IMG/VR virus record: IMGVR_UViG_3300042879_000407
Coordinates: 1-57,173 of that record
Origin: a virus
Lineage: Duplodnaviria > Caudoviricetes
DNA length: 57,173 nucleotides
Direction: 5' to 3' (one strand)
Shown: positions 1 through 8,869 of the stretch, piece after piece
Layout: each line of letters starts with the position of its first letter
How positions within the stretch are numbered: position 1 is the stretch's first letter
Translations under genes and position numbers: made by a program
The notes under the pieces: model-generated
What the model was told of the DNA's origin: nothing
Database searches by the model: none
Seen by the model: only the letters and a program-made list of their open reading frames with translations

Positions 1-117
1 ACTTCTACGATGCTACGGTTCTCGCGGCTATCTCCAACACGGACTACGAGGGCGAGATTCGCCAGTATGGTGACACGGTTAACATCCGCACCACGCCGGA
101 AATCACGATCCGCGACT
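1..117. repeat. Terminal overlap identical to 57057-57173 (circular assembly overlap)
   Basis: ACTTCTACGATGCT...ATCCGCGACT occurs at both ends and lies mid-gene. Confidence 0.97.
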
Positions 118-842
118 ACGTGAAGGGTCAGACCCTGACGGTTGAGAACCCGGACAAGCCGAAGATCCAACTCGTGATCGACAAGGGCGAGTATTTCGCG
201 TGCGTCGAGGACGATGTGGACAAGGTGCAGTCGGACATCAACCTGATGGACACTTGGACGAAGGACGCGTCGGAGCGCATGAAGATCAAGATTGATCAGC
301 GCGTGCTTACCGATATCCTCCCCGGCATTGCTGCTACCAATAAGGGTACGGCTGCTGGTGAGCAGTCGGCTTCCTTCAACCTCGGTTCGAACGCTTCGCC
401 GCTGACCGTCACGAAGGATGGCGCTGGTGGTACGGTCTCCGTGGTGGATCTGCTTGTCGATCTCGGTACGGTGCTTGACGAGGCCAACTGCCCTGAGCAG
501 AACCGCTTTGTCGTGATCCCGGCCAAGATGGCGGGTCTGATCAAGAAGTCGGAACTCAAGGACGCTTCGCTCACGGGCGACGGCACCTCGATCGTCCGCA
601 ATGGCCGCCTTGGTATGGTTGACCGTTTCACGCTCTATGTGAGTCACAACCTCAGTGTGTCGTCCGGCAAGTACAGCCTTATCGCTGGTAACAAGATGGG
701 CTTCACGTTCGCCTCGCAGATGACCAACATGGAAACCATCCGGTCGGAATCGACCTTTGGTAACATCGTGCGTGGTCTGCAGGTTTATGGCTACAAGGTC
801 GTGAAGGGCGAAGCCCTTGCTCAGGCCGTGGTGCAGTTCTAA
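1..842 (+). CDS. Major capsid protein, 3' part (full gene 56975..57056 + 1..842, 307 aa)
   Basis: The frame stays open across the junction (MSYPVSPGRPNYSGNFIPELWSGKLIENFYD...GDTVNIRT...VRGLQVYGYKVV). P22/T7-like coat motifs; follows portal and scaffold. Confidence 0.9.
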   Translation, partial: FYDATVLAAISNTDYEGEIRQYGDTVNIRTTPEITIRDYVKGQTLTVENPDKPKIQLVIDKGEYFACVEDDVDKVQSDINLMDTWTKDASERMKIKIDQRVLTDILPGIAATNKGTAAGEQSASFNLGSNASPLTVTKDGAGGTVSVVDLLVDLGTVLDEANCPEQNRFVVIPAKMAGLIKKSELKDASLTGDGTSIVRNGRLGMVDRFTLYVSHNLSVSSGKYSLIAGNKMGFTFASQMTNMETIRSESTFGNIVRGLQVYGYKVVKGEALAQAVVQF

Positions 843-859
843 TTCAGGAGTAAATTAAA

Positions 860-1315
860 ATGGCTGCTTATACTGATTCTTTGGGCTTTAATAAGGGAAC
901 GGCGGCGTTCCCCGATGGCCACGGTGTTTCCAAGTTCACGGTCGAACTCGACTTCGCTGAGATCGTTGCTGCTCGCGCTGCTGCTGGCGCTACGGCTTTG
1001 GTTGCGACCGATACGCTGCAGGTGATTTCGTTGCCTGCCGGGTCGGTTGTTCTTTCAGCGGGTCTCGTTGTGACGAAGGTGGAGTCCACCAACACCACGG
1101 CGACCTTTGACTTTGGCTACACGGGTGCCACGCCGTATGCGGCTGACGTTTACGCTAATAACGTTGCGTCGAACTCGCTCGGGCTGAAGGCGGCTGACCT
1201 TGCTAACCCCTCGGTCATCCCGACTGCGGACACGATTGATCTCCTGCTTAACACTGCGGTTCCGACCGATTGTGTTGTGGAGGCGTTCGCTCTTGTCCTC
1301 AATGCTAACGCCTAA
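860..1315 (+). CDS. Putative capsid decoration / minor capsid protein
   Basis: Strong SD (AGGAG), directly after the MCP, beta-rich, followed by a terminator. Confidence 0.6.
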   Translation: MAAYTDSLGFNKGTAAFPDGHGVSKFTVELDFAEIVAARAAAGATALVATDTLQVISLPAGSVVLSAGLVVTKVESTNTTATFDFGYTGATPYAADVYANNVASNSLGLKAADLANPSVIPTADTIDLLLNTAVPTDCVVEAFALVLNANA

Positions 1316-1323
1316 ACTAGGGT

Positions 1324-1347
1324 GGGGGGCTTCGGCCCCCCTCTCTT
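1324..1347 (+). terminator. Intrinsic terminator after the capsid genes
   Basis: GGGGGGC-TTCG-GCCCCCC followed by TCTCTT. Confidence 0.75.
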
Positions 1348-1359
1348 AAGGAGAGTAAT

Positions 1360-1932
1360 ATGGGTGTTTATCGTGGTATAACTCAAGACAACGTGACCAT
1401 TCAGGGTGGTACGCTGTACGACGTTACGCTTGATGCGGACGTGCTTAAGATTGCCGGTACTACCGTCAATGCGAGCGCCGCCGAGTTGAACGCTGCTGCA
1501 GATGTGTCCGCTCGTTTGGTGTCTGCGAGTGCTGCTACTTTGGCGGTTACGGTTGCTGACCATAGTGATCGTATTGTTGTGCTTAACCGTGCTGCTGGCG
1601 TAACTGCCACGCTTCCGGCTGCAACTGGTTCTGGCGCTGTGTTCCGTTTTACGACGGGCACCGCTGTTACCAGCAACAACAACATCATCAAAGTGGCTGA
1701 CGCTACCGACGTGATGTCTGGTTCACTCTACGTAACGGATCAGGCTGCTGGCACTGGTACTGAGTTTAGTACCACTACCACTAGCGATACGATTACGATG
1801 AACGGCAGCACTTCCGGTGGTCTCGTAGGCGGCATTCTTACGCTTATCGACGTGGCTACTGACCGATACGCAATTCATGGAAACATTATTGGTACCGGTG
1901 TTGAAGTTACTCCGTTTAGCGCGACTGTCTAA
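1360..1932 (+). CDS. Putative head fibre / decoration protein
   Basis: SD AAGGAG; Thr/Ala/Gly-rich, beta-rich, with ASAAELN and VTATLPAATGSG motifs common in virion appendages. Confidence 0.55.
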   Translation: MGVYRGITQDNVTIQGGTLYDVTLDADVLKIAGTTVNASAAELNAAADVSARLVSASAATLAVTVADHSDRIVVLNRAAGVTATLPAATGSGAVFRFTTGTAVTSNNNIIKVADATDVMSGSLYVTDQAAGTGTEFSTTTTSDTITMNGSTSGGLVGGILTLIDVATDRYAIHGNIIGTGVEVTPFSATV

Positions 1933-1934
1933 TT

Positions 1935-1963
1935 GGCGGGGGGCGCAAGCCCCCTTGCCTTTT
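1935..1963 (+). terminator. Intrinsic terminator
   Basis: GC stem with GCAA loop followed by TTTT. Confidence 0.7.
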
Positions 1964-1976
1964 CCGGAGATTTTGA

Positions 1977-2897
1977 ATGCCGACTAATCTCACTGGCAGT
2001 TCCGTATCTAGTACTTACGATCAACTGCTGCATGTTGACGATGGCCCTACCGCTACCGAAAAAACGGTATACAGCGGAACTGGCGTAGCCACCGCTCTCA
2101 AAGTCGGAACGGGATCTGTTTCCGTCGATAACATTCAACTTGACGGCAACTCAATAACTGCCACAAATACGAACGGCAGTATCAATCTCACTCCCAACGG
2201 CACTGGAACAGTCAATACGTCCAAGGCCAATATCACTGGTGGTTCAATCAGTGGCGTAGCCGTTTCAGGATTATCTGCGGATCTTGCTATTGCCGATGGC
2301 GGCACCGGTGCTTCTACTGCGCCTAATGCCAGAACCAATCTTGGACTAGGTACTATTGCTACGCAGAACGCAAACGCGGTTGCTTTGACCGGCGGTTCTC
2401 TTAGCGGTGTGTCTGTTCCGTTTGCGGACATCACCAATAAAAAGTACGGACAGTTTTACTCGACGCAGGATCAGACTCCTGCGGCCAACACTCCAACCGC
2501 TTTGACGCTGAATAACTCTTCTGCGTTTAACAGCGGAATCACAGTTGCATCTAGTTCCCAAGTCACTTATGACACTGCTGGAACTTATGTAATTACCGTA
2601 AGTGTGCAGTTTAATAACACAGATGCTGCCGACCATGATGCCTATCTCTGGTTCCGTAAAAACGGTAGTGATATAGCAAATAGTGCGTCTATAACCACAG
2701 TACCGAAAACTGGTGACGGTGGTAGAGCGCTACTTGAAGTAACTATCATGGAGTCAGTTACCGCGACTCAGTATATTGAAGCCATTGTCATGGTGGAGAA
2801 TGCCGGTGTAGACGTTGAGCATACGGCTGCGGCTGTAGGCCCACCGGCGGTACCGGCTATTCCGTCCGTAATCTTCGTAACTCATAGGGTAGCGTAA
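1977..2897 (+). CDS. Fibre-like virion protein with a C1q/TNF-like C-terminal domain
   Basis: ADGGTGASTAPNARTNLGLG fibre motif; C-terminal AGTYVITVSVQF...YLWFRKNG pattern. Confidence 0.55.
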   Translation: MPTNLTGSSVSSTYDQLLHVDDGPTATEKTVYSGTGVATALKVGTGSVSVDNIQLDGNSITATNTNGSINLTPNGTGTVNTSKANITGGSISGVAVSGLSADLAIADGGTGASTAPNARTNLGLGTIATQNANAVALTGGSLSGVSVPFADITNKKYGQFYSTQDQTPAANTPTALTLNNSSAFNSGITVASSSQVTYDTAGTYVITVSVQFNNTDAADHDAYLWFRKNGSDIANSASITTVPKTGDGGRALLEVTIMESVTATQYIEAIVMVENAGVDVEHTAAAVGPPAVPAIPSVIFVTHRVA

Positions 2898-3151
2898 TGG
2901 CTAAGTCGCCTGCATGGCAGCGCAAAGAAGGCAAGAATCCCGCTGGTGGGTTAAACGCTAAGGGGCGTGCTTCATACAACCGTGCCAACCCCGGTAAGCC
3001 GGGGTTGAAGCCCCCTCAGCCGCAAGGTGGCCCTCGCCGTGATTCTTTTTGCGCCCGGATGAAAGGCATGAAAAAGAAACTGACAAGCGCCAAGACGGCC
3101 AACGATCCGAATAGCCGGATCAATAAATCTTTGCGAGCGTGGAATTGTTAA
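2897..3151 (+). CDS. Small basic phage protein (DUF6321-like)
   Basis: KNPAGGLNAKGRAS...RRDSFCARM...RAWNC motif; coupled to the upstream gene. Confidence 0.7.
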   Translation: MAKSPAWQRKEGKNPAGGLNAKGRASYNRANPGKPGLKPPQPQGGPRRDSFCARMKGMKKKLTSAKTANDPNSRINKSLRAWNC

Positions 3152-3325
3152 ATGGCAAAGTCTACACCAAACAACAAGGCTCTCTGGTCGCGGGTTAAGT
3201 CTGCCGCCAAGAGTAAGTTTGATGTTTACCCCAGCGCATACGCGAACGCGTGGGCGGCCAAAGAGTACAAGAAGCGCGGCGGGTCTTGGTCTGGTGCAGA
3301 CAACCGGGTGCGACGTGGCAAGTAA
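3152..3325 (+). CDS. Small basic protein, 57 aa (not in ORF track)
   Basis: Hand translation MAKSTPNNKALWSRVKSAAKSKFDVYPSAYANAWAAKEYKKRGGSW...; starts right after the previous stop. Confidence 0.75.
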   Translation: MAKSTPNNKALWSRVKSAAKSKFDVYPSAYANAWAAKEYKKRGGSWSGADNRVRRGK

Positions 3326-3548
3326 GGGCGGCCTTGGTAAGTGGTTTGGAGAGAAGTGGGTCGATATCAAGACAGGCAAACCATGCGGTCGCTCAGGGGC
3401 TGAGAAGTCCAGTCGTAGTTACCCAGCATGTCGCCCGGCAAAAGCCGCAGGCAGAATGACAGCCGCTGAGAAGCGGTCGATGGCAAACAAGAAAACTAGT
3501 CCGGCAAGGCAGTCTTGGCCGGTATCACCGTCCGGAAAGAGGAAGTAA
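3315..3548 (+). CDS. Small basic protein (DUF5872-like), GTG start
   Basis: GGLGKWFGEKWVDIKTGKPCGRS...YPACRP motif. Confidence 0.7.
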   Translation: MASKGGLGKWFGEKWVDIKTGKPCGRSGAEKSSRSYPACRPAKAAGRMTAAEKRSMANKKTSPARQSWPVSPSGKRK

Positions 3549-3550
3549 TC

Positions 3551-3733
3551 ATGGCTAAAAATTGGATCGCTGGTGCTATCAAAAAGCCGGGTGCGCTGCG
3601 TCAGGCTATGGGCGTCAAGAAGGGGGAGAACATCCCCGCTGGCAAACTGGCAAAGGCCGCTAAGGCTCCGGGTAAGATGGGGCAACGCGCTCGTCTTGCC
3701 ATGACGCTCAAGAAGATGAACAAGGGGCGGTAA
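3551..3733 (+). CDS. Small basic protein
   Basis: MAKNWIAGAIKKPGALR...RARLAMTLKKM; SD GAGGA. Confidence 0.7.
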   Translation: MAKNWIAGAIKKPGALRQAMGVKKGENIPAGKLAKAAKAPGKMGQRARLAMTLKKMNKGR

Positions 3734-3734
3734 G

Positions 3735-3992
3735 ATGCCCCGATATCTGCGTAACCGGAAGGACGGTTTTATCTACGACTGGAACCCTATCCTTGCACAA
3801 AACGAACTGTGCGAGGAGGTTTCGGAGGAGGAAGCCTATCCCGAGCGGTTTGTGAAACCGGATGTAGTGGAGCGGGTGCGCAGGGGGCGTCCCAAGAAGG
3901 GAGCGCTGAATCTCGAAACTAATGACATCCCAGAAGCCCCGCCCTATACTCCCCCCGAGTTGGCGGCTGAAGCGTCGAGGCGGCTACCGTAA
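3735..3992 (+). CDS. Hypothetical protein
   Basis: Tightly packed ORF in the late operon. Confidence 0.65.
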   Translation: MPRYLRNRKDGFIYDWNPILAQNELCEEVSEEEAYPERFVKPDVVERVRRGRPKKGALNLETNDIPEAPPYTPPELAAEASRRLP

Positions 3993-4640
3993 ATGACTCC
4001 TCAAGATGTAATAACTGAAGTCCGGCGGCTCATTCAGGATGAGTCCGCGCCGTTGCGTTATAGCGACACGGTACTTCTTGGGTACGTTAACCAGACACTC
4101 AAGAAGATGACCATGCTGCGCCCGGACTTGTTTTCGGTTATTACGGATATCACGACAGTAGCCAATTCTGTAGTCCAGACCCTGCCTTCGACATCCATGC
4201 GCTTGGTGGAGATCTTCCAAGTCAAGAACGGGGAGTCGATTCAGGAAGTAAATCGGGATGTATTTGATCAGGTCTACCCGAACTGGACTAATGATGCAGC
4301 GGGTACGCCAACCAAGTACATGCGGCATGTTCGCAATCCTAACTCTTATTTTCTGTATCCTCGCCCGACATCTGGGATTATCCTTGTAGGCGAGTATGTG
4401 GCGTTCCCACCGAACTACACGCTTGCGCAGACAATTACTGCAGTGTCCGATGCGTACTTCCCGTCCTTAGTGGATGGCACTGTGTTTCTTGCCGAGTCGG
4501 TGGATAACGAGTACATCAACTCCGGACGGGCCAAGTTGTTCTTTGACTCCTTCGTGTCCGGGTTGGGCGTTGCTCTACAATCCCGCGTGATCACAGACAC
4601 AGAAAGTAGCGGCATTGGTACGCAACAGGCGGGTGGCTAA
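3993..4640 (+). CDS. Head-tail adaptor (DUF6682-like)
   Basis: VRRLIQD...RYSDTVLLGYVN...RPDLF and FLYPRP motifs; position. Confidence 0.65.
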   Translation: MTPQDVITEVRRLIQDESAPLRYSDTVLLGYVNQTLKKMTMLRPDLFSVITDITTVANSVVQTLPSTSMRLVEIFQVKNGESIQEVNRDVFDQVYPNWTNDAAGTPTKYMRHVRNPNSYFLYPRPTSGIILVGEYVAFPPNYTLAQTITAVSDAYFPSLVDGTVFLAESVDNEYINSGRAKLFFDSFVSGLGVALQSRVITDTESSGIGTQQAGG

Positions 4641-5413
4641 TGGCTGACCGAGAGTTTAGTACACTGTCCTCCAAGCTTGCGGCGAGTGTCCCCGGATGCC
4701 CGCCTCCGACGCTTATTCAGTACATCCGTGACTCGGCTATCCGCACTTGTGAACGCACCCTGTTTTGGAGGTATGCAGTTCCTCTGTTCAATCTGCAGCC
4801 GGGTGTACATGAGTATTTCTACAGTAAGCCGTCCAACACGGATGTTCACGCTATATTCGATGCGCTGGTAAATTGTGACGCACTGCAGAAACTTACTTTA
4901 GAACAGGCGTTGTTTCAGTACCCGTGCTGGGCTGATTTGTACAGCGGTATGAATCCGAACGACCTGTGGAGCCAGACTCCTAGTAGTACGTTCAACGACC
5001 CTGAGTACAACGAAAACCAGTTCAACCAGCAGAATACTTTCAATATTCCTACTGCTGCTCTGGAAGACGCTAGCACCCCCATGGCTATCTGCCAGTTGTC
5101 ACCGGACAAGTACCTTATCCTTCCGCTTCCGGACAACGATAAAGTCTATGAGATGCGGATGTTCTTGGCACTAAAACCCAAGCGCACTGCTACTGGGATG
5201 GATGAGGTAGTGTTTGACGAACTGGAAGATGTTATTCTTCACGGGGCGCTGCAGCATTTGCTGGTACTTCCCAACGTCAGTTGGTCAGATAGAGAACTGG
5301 CTGCCTATCACGCAAAGCAGTACGTTTACCATATCAGTGAGCGCAGGGCGCGGGCCAACCTAGGCAACATGCGCGGCGTTATGACTGCACGTATGCAGTC
5401 CTTCGGAGTTTAA
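4640..5413 (+). CDS. Second tail adaptor / tubular protein
   Basis: VPGCPPPTLIQYIRDSAIRTCERT and ILHGALQHLL motifs; position. Confidence 0.55.
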   Translation: MADREFSTLSSKLAASVPGCPPPTLIQYIRDSAIRTCERTLFWRYAVPLFNLQPGVHEYFYSKPSNTDVHAIFDALVNCDALQKLTLEQALFQYPCWADLYSGMNPNDLWSQTPSSTFNDPEYNENQFNQQNTFNIPTAALEDASTPMAICQLSPDKYLILPLPDNDKVYEMRMFLALKPKRTATGMDEVVFDELEDVILHGALQHLLVLPNVSWSDRELAAYHAKQYVYHISERRARANLGNMRGVMTARMQSFGV

Positions 5414-5414
5414 G

Positions 5415-5918
5415 ATGGGCATTAAACTTAAAAATAATGCCGTTTCGACGCTAGCAGTCGCCATTATAGAAACCGACGTTGGTTTAGTGGTCGCCTCTGG
5501 CGAAGGTTCCAAGTTCCCTACCCTTAGTGCGGGTGACTATTTCTACGCAACCATATCTAGCAGTAGCACTTTCTACGAGATTGTAAAAGTTACTGCACGA
5601 TCTGGCGATTCTATGACGATTGTTCGTGCGCAAGAAGGCACGCTACCGCTGGCGTTTCCAATAAGTTCTCGGATTGAACTTCGTGTAACCGCTCAGAGTA
5701 TTCTCGATCATTTGCCGTTCAATGTAGTAAATTTTAGCGGCACTGGTTCGCAGGTTGCGTATACGATGCCAGTCACTGTTGCTGAGAATTCCACCATGGT
5801 ATTTATCAACGGTGTCTACCAGCAGAAGAATACATACAGCGTGTCGGGAACTACGCTTACCTTTTCGCAAGCGCCGCCGGTTACTTCGACTATCGAAGTC
5901 ATGTATGGGATAGTCTAA
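5415..5918 (+). CDS. Tail-fibre anchor 1 (shared N-domain plus FSQAPP adaptor domain)
   Basis: N-terminal ~98 aa paralogous to the next two ORFs (EIVKVTAR..D.MTI.RAQEGT); C-terminal VFINGVYQ...LTFSQAPP. Confidence 0.65.
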   Translation: MGIKLKNNAVSTLAVAIIETDVGLVVASGEGSKFPTLSAGDYFYATISSSSTFYEIVKVTARSGDSMTIVRAQEGTLPLAFPISSRIELRVTAQSILDHLPFNVVNFSGTGSQVAYTMPVTVAENSTMVFINGVYQQKNTYSVSGTTLTFSQAPPVTSTIEVMYGIV

Positions 5919-6247
5919 TGGGTATCAAATTTGCAAATAATGCTTTTGCGACCATCCCGCTTGCTGTGACGAGTACGGCGACTAGTGTTACCGTCGCTTC
6001 TGGGCAAGGGGCTAGGTTCCCAGTTCTTGGGGCTGGGGATTATTTCTACGCAACTATTTCAAATAGTAATAACAACTTTGAGATTGTTAAAGTCACTGCA
6101 AGGTTTGATGACGTGATGACAATCACGAGAGCGCAGGAAGGAACTCTTGCGATCCCCTTTGCAGCGAACTCACGCATAGAACTTCGGATTACTGTGGCGA
6201 GTATCGAAGAGTATGTATTCCAACGTGGCGCACTTCTGTTAGAGTAA
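5918..6247 (+). CDS. Tail-fibre anchor 2 (shared N-domain ending LLLE)
   Basis: Same N-domain; ends GALLLE. Confidence 0.65.
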   Translation: MGIKFANNAFATIPLAVTSTATSVTVASGQGARFPVLGAGDYFYATISNSNNNFEIVKVTARFDDVMTITRAQEGTLAIPFAANSRIELRITVASIEEYVFQRGALLLE

Positions 6248-6251
6248 GTTA

Positions 6252-7946
6252 ATGGGCATTCAACTCAAAAACAATGCTTCCTCTACTCTTGCTAGTTCGA
6301 TTACGGCTAGCAACACCGGTATTGTTGTCGCCACTGGAGACGGCTCAAAGTTCCCAACGCTTACGTCTACGGACTACTTCTACGCCACGCTTGAAAGCAC
6401 TGGCGGTACTACTGAAATCGTAAAGGTCACGGCTCGCTCTGGCGACACGATGACTATCGTCCGTGCGCAGGAAGGCACCTCCGCTCAATCGTTCCTCGCC
6501 GGATCACGGATTGAAGCAAGAATTACCGCGCAGTCTGTGTTGGATGTTTCCCGGTACAGCCAAATGGTTAGTATCATGGACTTTGGTGCTGACCCGACTG
6601 GTGTTGCCGACAGTTACCAAGCATTTGTTAGTGCGCTGGCCGTCTCTAACTATGTGTTTGTTCCTGCGGGTTATTTCAAAGTTGGTACACAGATCAGTAT
6701 CACAGGAGATAAAACCATTAGCGGTTTAGGGGGTAACAATTTTGAATCGTTACCTTCTCAAATTAATTTTACGGCTGCATCCGGTAATTGTTTTTCGGCT
6801 ACTAGCGCCGAATTTGGCGGTATAGTAATACGCAATCTTTCCATCAATGGCGGTAATGGCGAATATGCTATTCGAAGCAGCCGACCGCAGTCTCTCTTTG
6901 AAAATTTGAAGATGGAAAATTTTAATGGCGGTGGTATTCAATTGTTTGAGGCTGGCACCGGTAGTCAGGCTTCTTGGAGTACCATGATTCGTCAGGTTAA
7001 GTGGGTAGCACCGGGTTCTCTAACATCCTATCGAGGATATGACATTACCCAAAATGGTGGGCATGTAACTCTTGATGGCTGCGTAGCAATCCGTGGTGCT
7101 ATTGGTATCAATATTAATCAAGGCGAAGCCATCAATATCTATCGTTGTAGCACCAACCAACAAAGCACTTTTTCGTCTGCAAGTCCTACTGATACTTGCG
7201 GAATTCGTCTTAGCGGCGCGGGATATAAAAAAGCCGTGTCTATTCGCCACTCATACATTGAAGGGTATGTCTACGGTATTTACGTTGAAAAGTGTGAGTC
7301 GTTGTCTATTGAAGATAACTATATTGCCGACTTAGGGCAATCTTCTAACTATTCCACTGTATACCTCAAAGATTCAAATGTTAATCACGTAACAATCCGG
7401 AACAACCAATTTAGCGACAATGGTGATAACCATTCTGTTATTGAAATTGGTAACGGCGCAAACAATGTTTACATATTAAATAATGATATTAGAACCGGTG
7501 GGTCTTTAAGTATTGGCGTTAAAAAGGGAACGACAACGTATTCATATGTTGAAAGCAATGAATTTGTTCTAAATCCTTTTAATGGCGTTGGATATTCCGA
7601 TCCAAACTATTTGCTAATTAATCTAAACTTTGCCCGAGAAGGTTTTTTCTCTTATCGCAGAACAGATTTTGTTTCTGCAGACAATACGTGGTACGACCTC
7701 GGGCCAGTTGGTAACGATCAGATTTGGCGTCTAACTATTGCAGATAGCAATACTCCAAGTACCAATCATGCTGCGTCAGATTTGTTTGTTAGCAAAACTG
7801 GAACCGCAAGTTTAGAGTCTATATACAACGTTAATCCGGGATCTGCGATTAGACAGTTTCAAGTTTCGGGTGGAAAAATTCAATTTCGTACTCAAGGTGC
7901 CGGTGGTAACACCGCAAACACTGTCGCCGCTATCAGGCTGGCGTAA
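6252..7946 (+). CDS. Tailspike: shared N-domain plus pectate-lyase-like beta-helix
   Basis: SIMDFGADPTGVADSYQAF...VFVPAGYF and repeated beta-helix rungs. Confidence 0.75.
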   Translation: MGIQLKNNASSTLASSITASNTGIVVATGDGSKFPTLTSTDYFYATLESTGGTTEIVKVTARSGDTMTIVRAQEGTSAQSFLAGSRIEARITAQSVLDVSRYSQMVSIMDFGADPTGVADSYQAFVSALAVSNYVFVPAGYFKVGTQISITGDKTISGLGGNNFESLPSQINFTAASGNCFSATSAEFGGIVIRNLSINGGNGEYAIRSSRPQSLFENLKMENFNGGGIQLFEAGTGSQASWSTMIRQVKWVAPGSLTSYRGYDITQNGGHVTLDGCVAIRGAIGININQGEAINIYRCSTNQQSTFSSASPTDTCGIRLSGAGYKKAVSIRHSYIEGYVYGIYVEKCESLSIEDNYIADLGQSSNYSTVYLKDSNVNHVTIRNNQFSDNGDNHSVIEIGNGANNVYILNNDIRTGGSLSIGVKKGTTTYSYVESNEFVLNPFNGVGYSDPNYLLINLNFAREGFFSYRRTDFVSADNTWYDLGPVGNDQIWRLTIADSNTPSTNHAASDLFVSKTGTASLESIYNVNPGSAIRQFQVSGGKIQFRTQGAGGNTANTVAAIRLA

Positions 7947-7959
7947 TTAGGAGCGTATC

Positions 7960-8856
7960 ATGGCCGATAAAAAGATTTCACAGTTGACGGGTGCTTCGAC
8001 GCCGCTTGCTGGTACCGAAGTGTTGCCGGTTGTTCAGAGCGGAAGCACCGTAAAAGTTTCTGCGGCCGACCTTACGGCTGGCAGAGCAGTAGGAGCGCTT
8101 TCGTTTACGTCAACGGCTGCCGGAAATGATACTGCGCAGTTGTTAGGTACAGGCCTTACTGTTACCCACACTGGTGGTAGAACATCGTTTGCAACTTTCA
8201 ATCAATTTCCCGGCTGGAATGGAACATTAGTCATAAGTTCTAGTGCAACTGAGTTCGGAATAAACTCAAGTCTACCGTTTGCAATCCGTGACGGAAGTGC
8301 TGTCGCACGACTTTCTGTTGCCGTATCTACCGGTAATACCACCGTCAACACCGGCAACCTCATCATCGGCACTGCCGCCAAAGGCATCGACTTCTCCGCA
8401 AATACCGGCGCGGCGGGAGAAACAAGTTCGTTGCTCAACTGGTACGAGGAGGGAAGTTACACCGCTACACTAACGTCCGCCGGTGGTAGCATCACAGTCA
8501 GCACCTCGTTTGACACATTAGGCTATACGCGGATCGGCCGCATGGTTTATGTGCATGGGTACATTACAGCAAGTGCCATCAATAGCCCAACTGGCGAACT
8601 TCGGTTGAATGTTCCATTTAACACCTGTACTTCAGCGCAAGTAGGTGAGCGCGGCTCTTGGGGTATAGGCGGTATTTCAATCGCGGGATCGGCATCAAGC
8701 GTTGCAAACGGTTTTCAAATTGCGTGGTCTGACAACAAATCATATGTAACTATTCATTTGGCTACCGGAAGCACATTGGCCGACGCATCAGCACAGATTC
8801 AGGGCAGCAGTAACACGGATATCCGAATCGGATTTTGGTATCCCTGCTCGGCTTAA
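7960..8856 (+). CDS. Putative receptor-binding / fibre protein
   Basis: MADKKISQL N-terminus; YEEGSYT...YTRIGRMVYV C-terminal domain. Confidence 0.6.
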   Translation: MADKKISQLTGASTPLAGTEVLPVVQSGSTVKVSAADLTAGRAVGALSFTSTAAGNDTAQLLGTGLTVTHTGGRTSFATFNQFPGWNGTLVISSSATEFGINSSLPFAIRDGSAVARLSVAVSTGNTTVNTGNLIIGTAAKGIDFSANTGAAGETSSLLNWYEEGSYTATLTSAGGSITVSTSFDTLGYTRIGRMVYVHGYITASAINSPTGELRLNVPFNTCTSAQVGERGSWGIGGISIAGSASSVANGFQIAWSDNKSYVTIHLATGSTLADASAQIQGSSNTDIRIGFWYPCSA

Positions 8857-8869
8857 TTAAGGATTTATC

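Noticed and set aside
5415-6550. Triplicated anchor domain as DGR template and variable repeats
   Set aside because: No reverse transcriptase is present and the divergence is not adenine-specific
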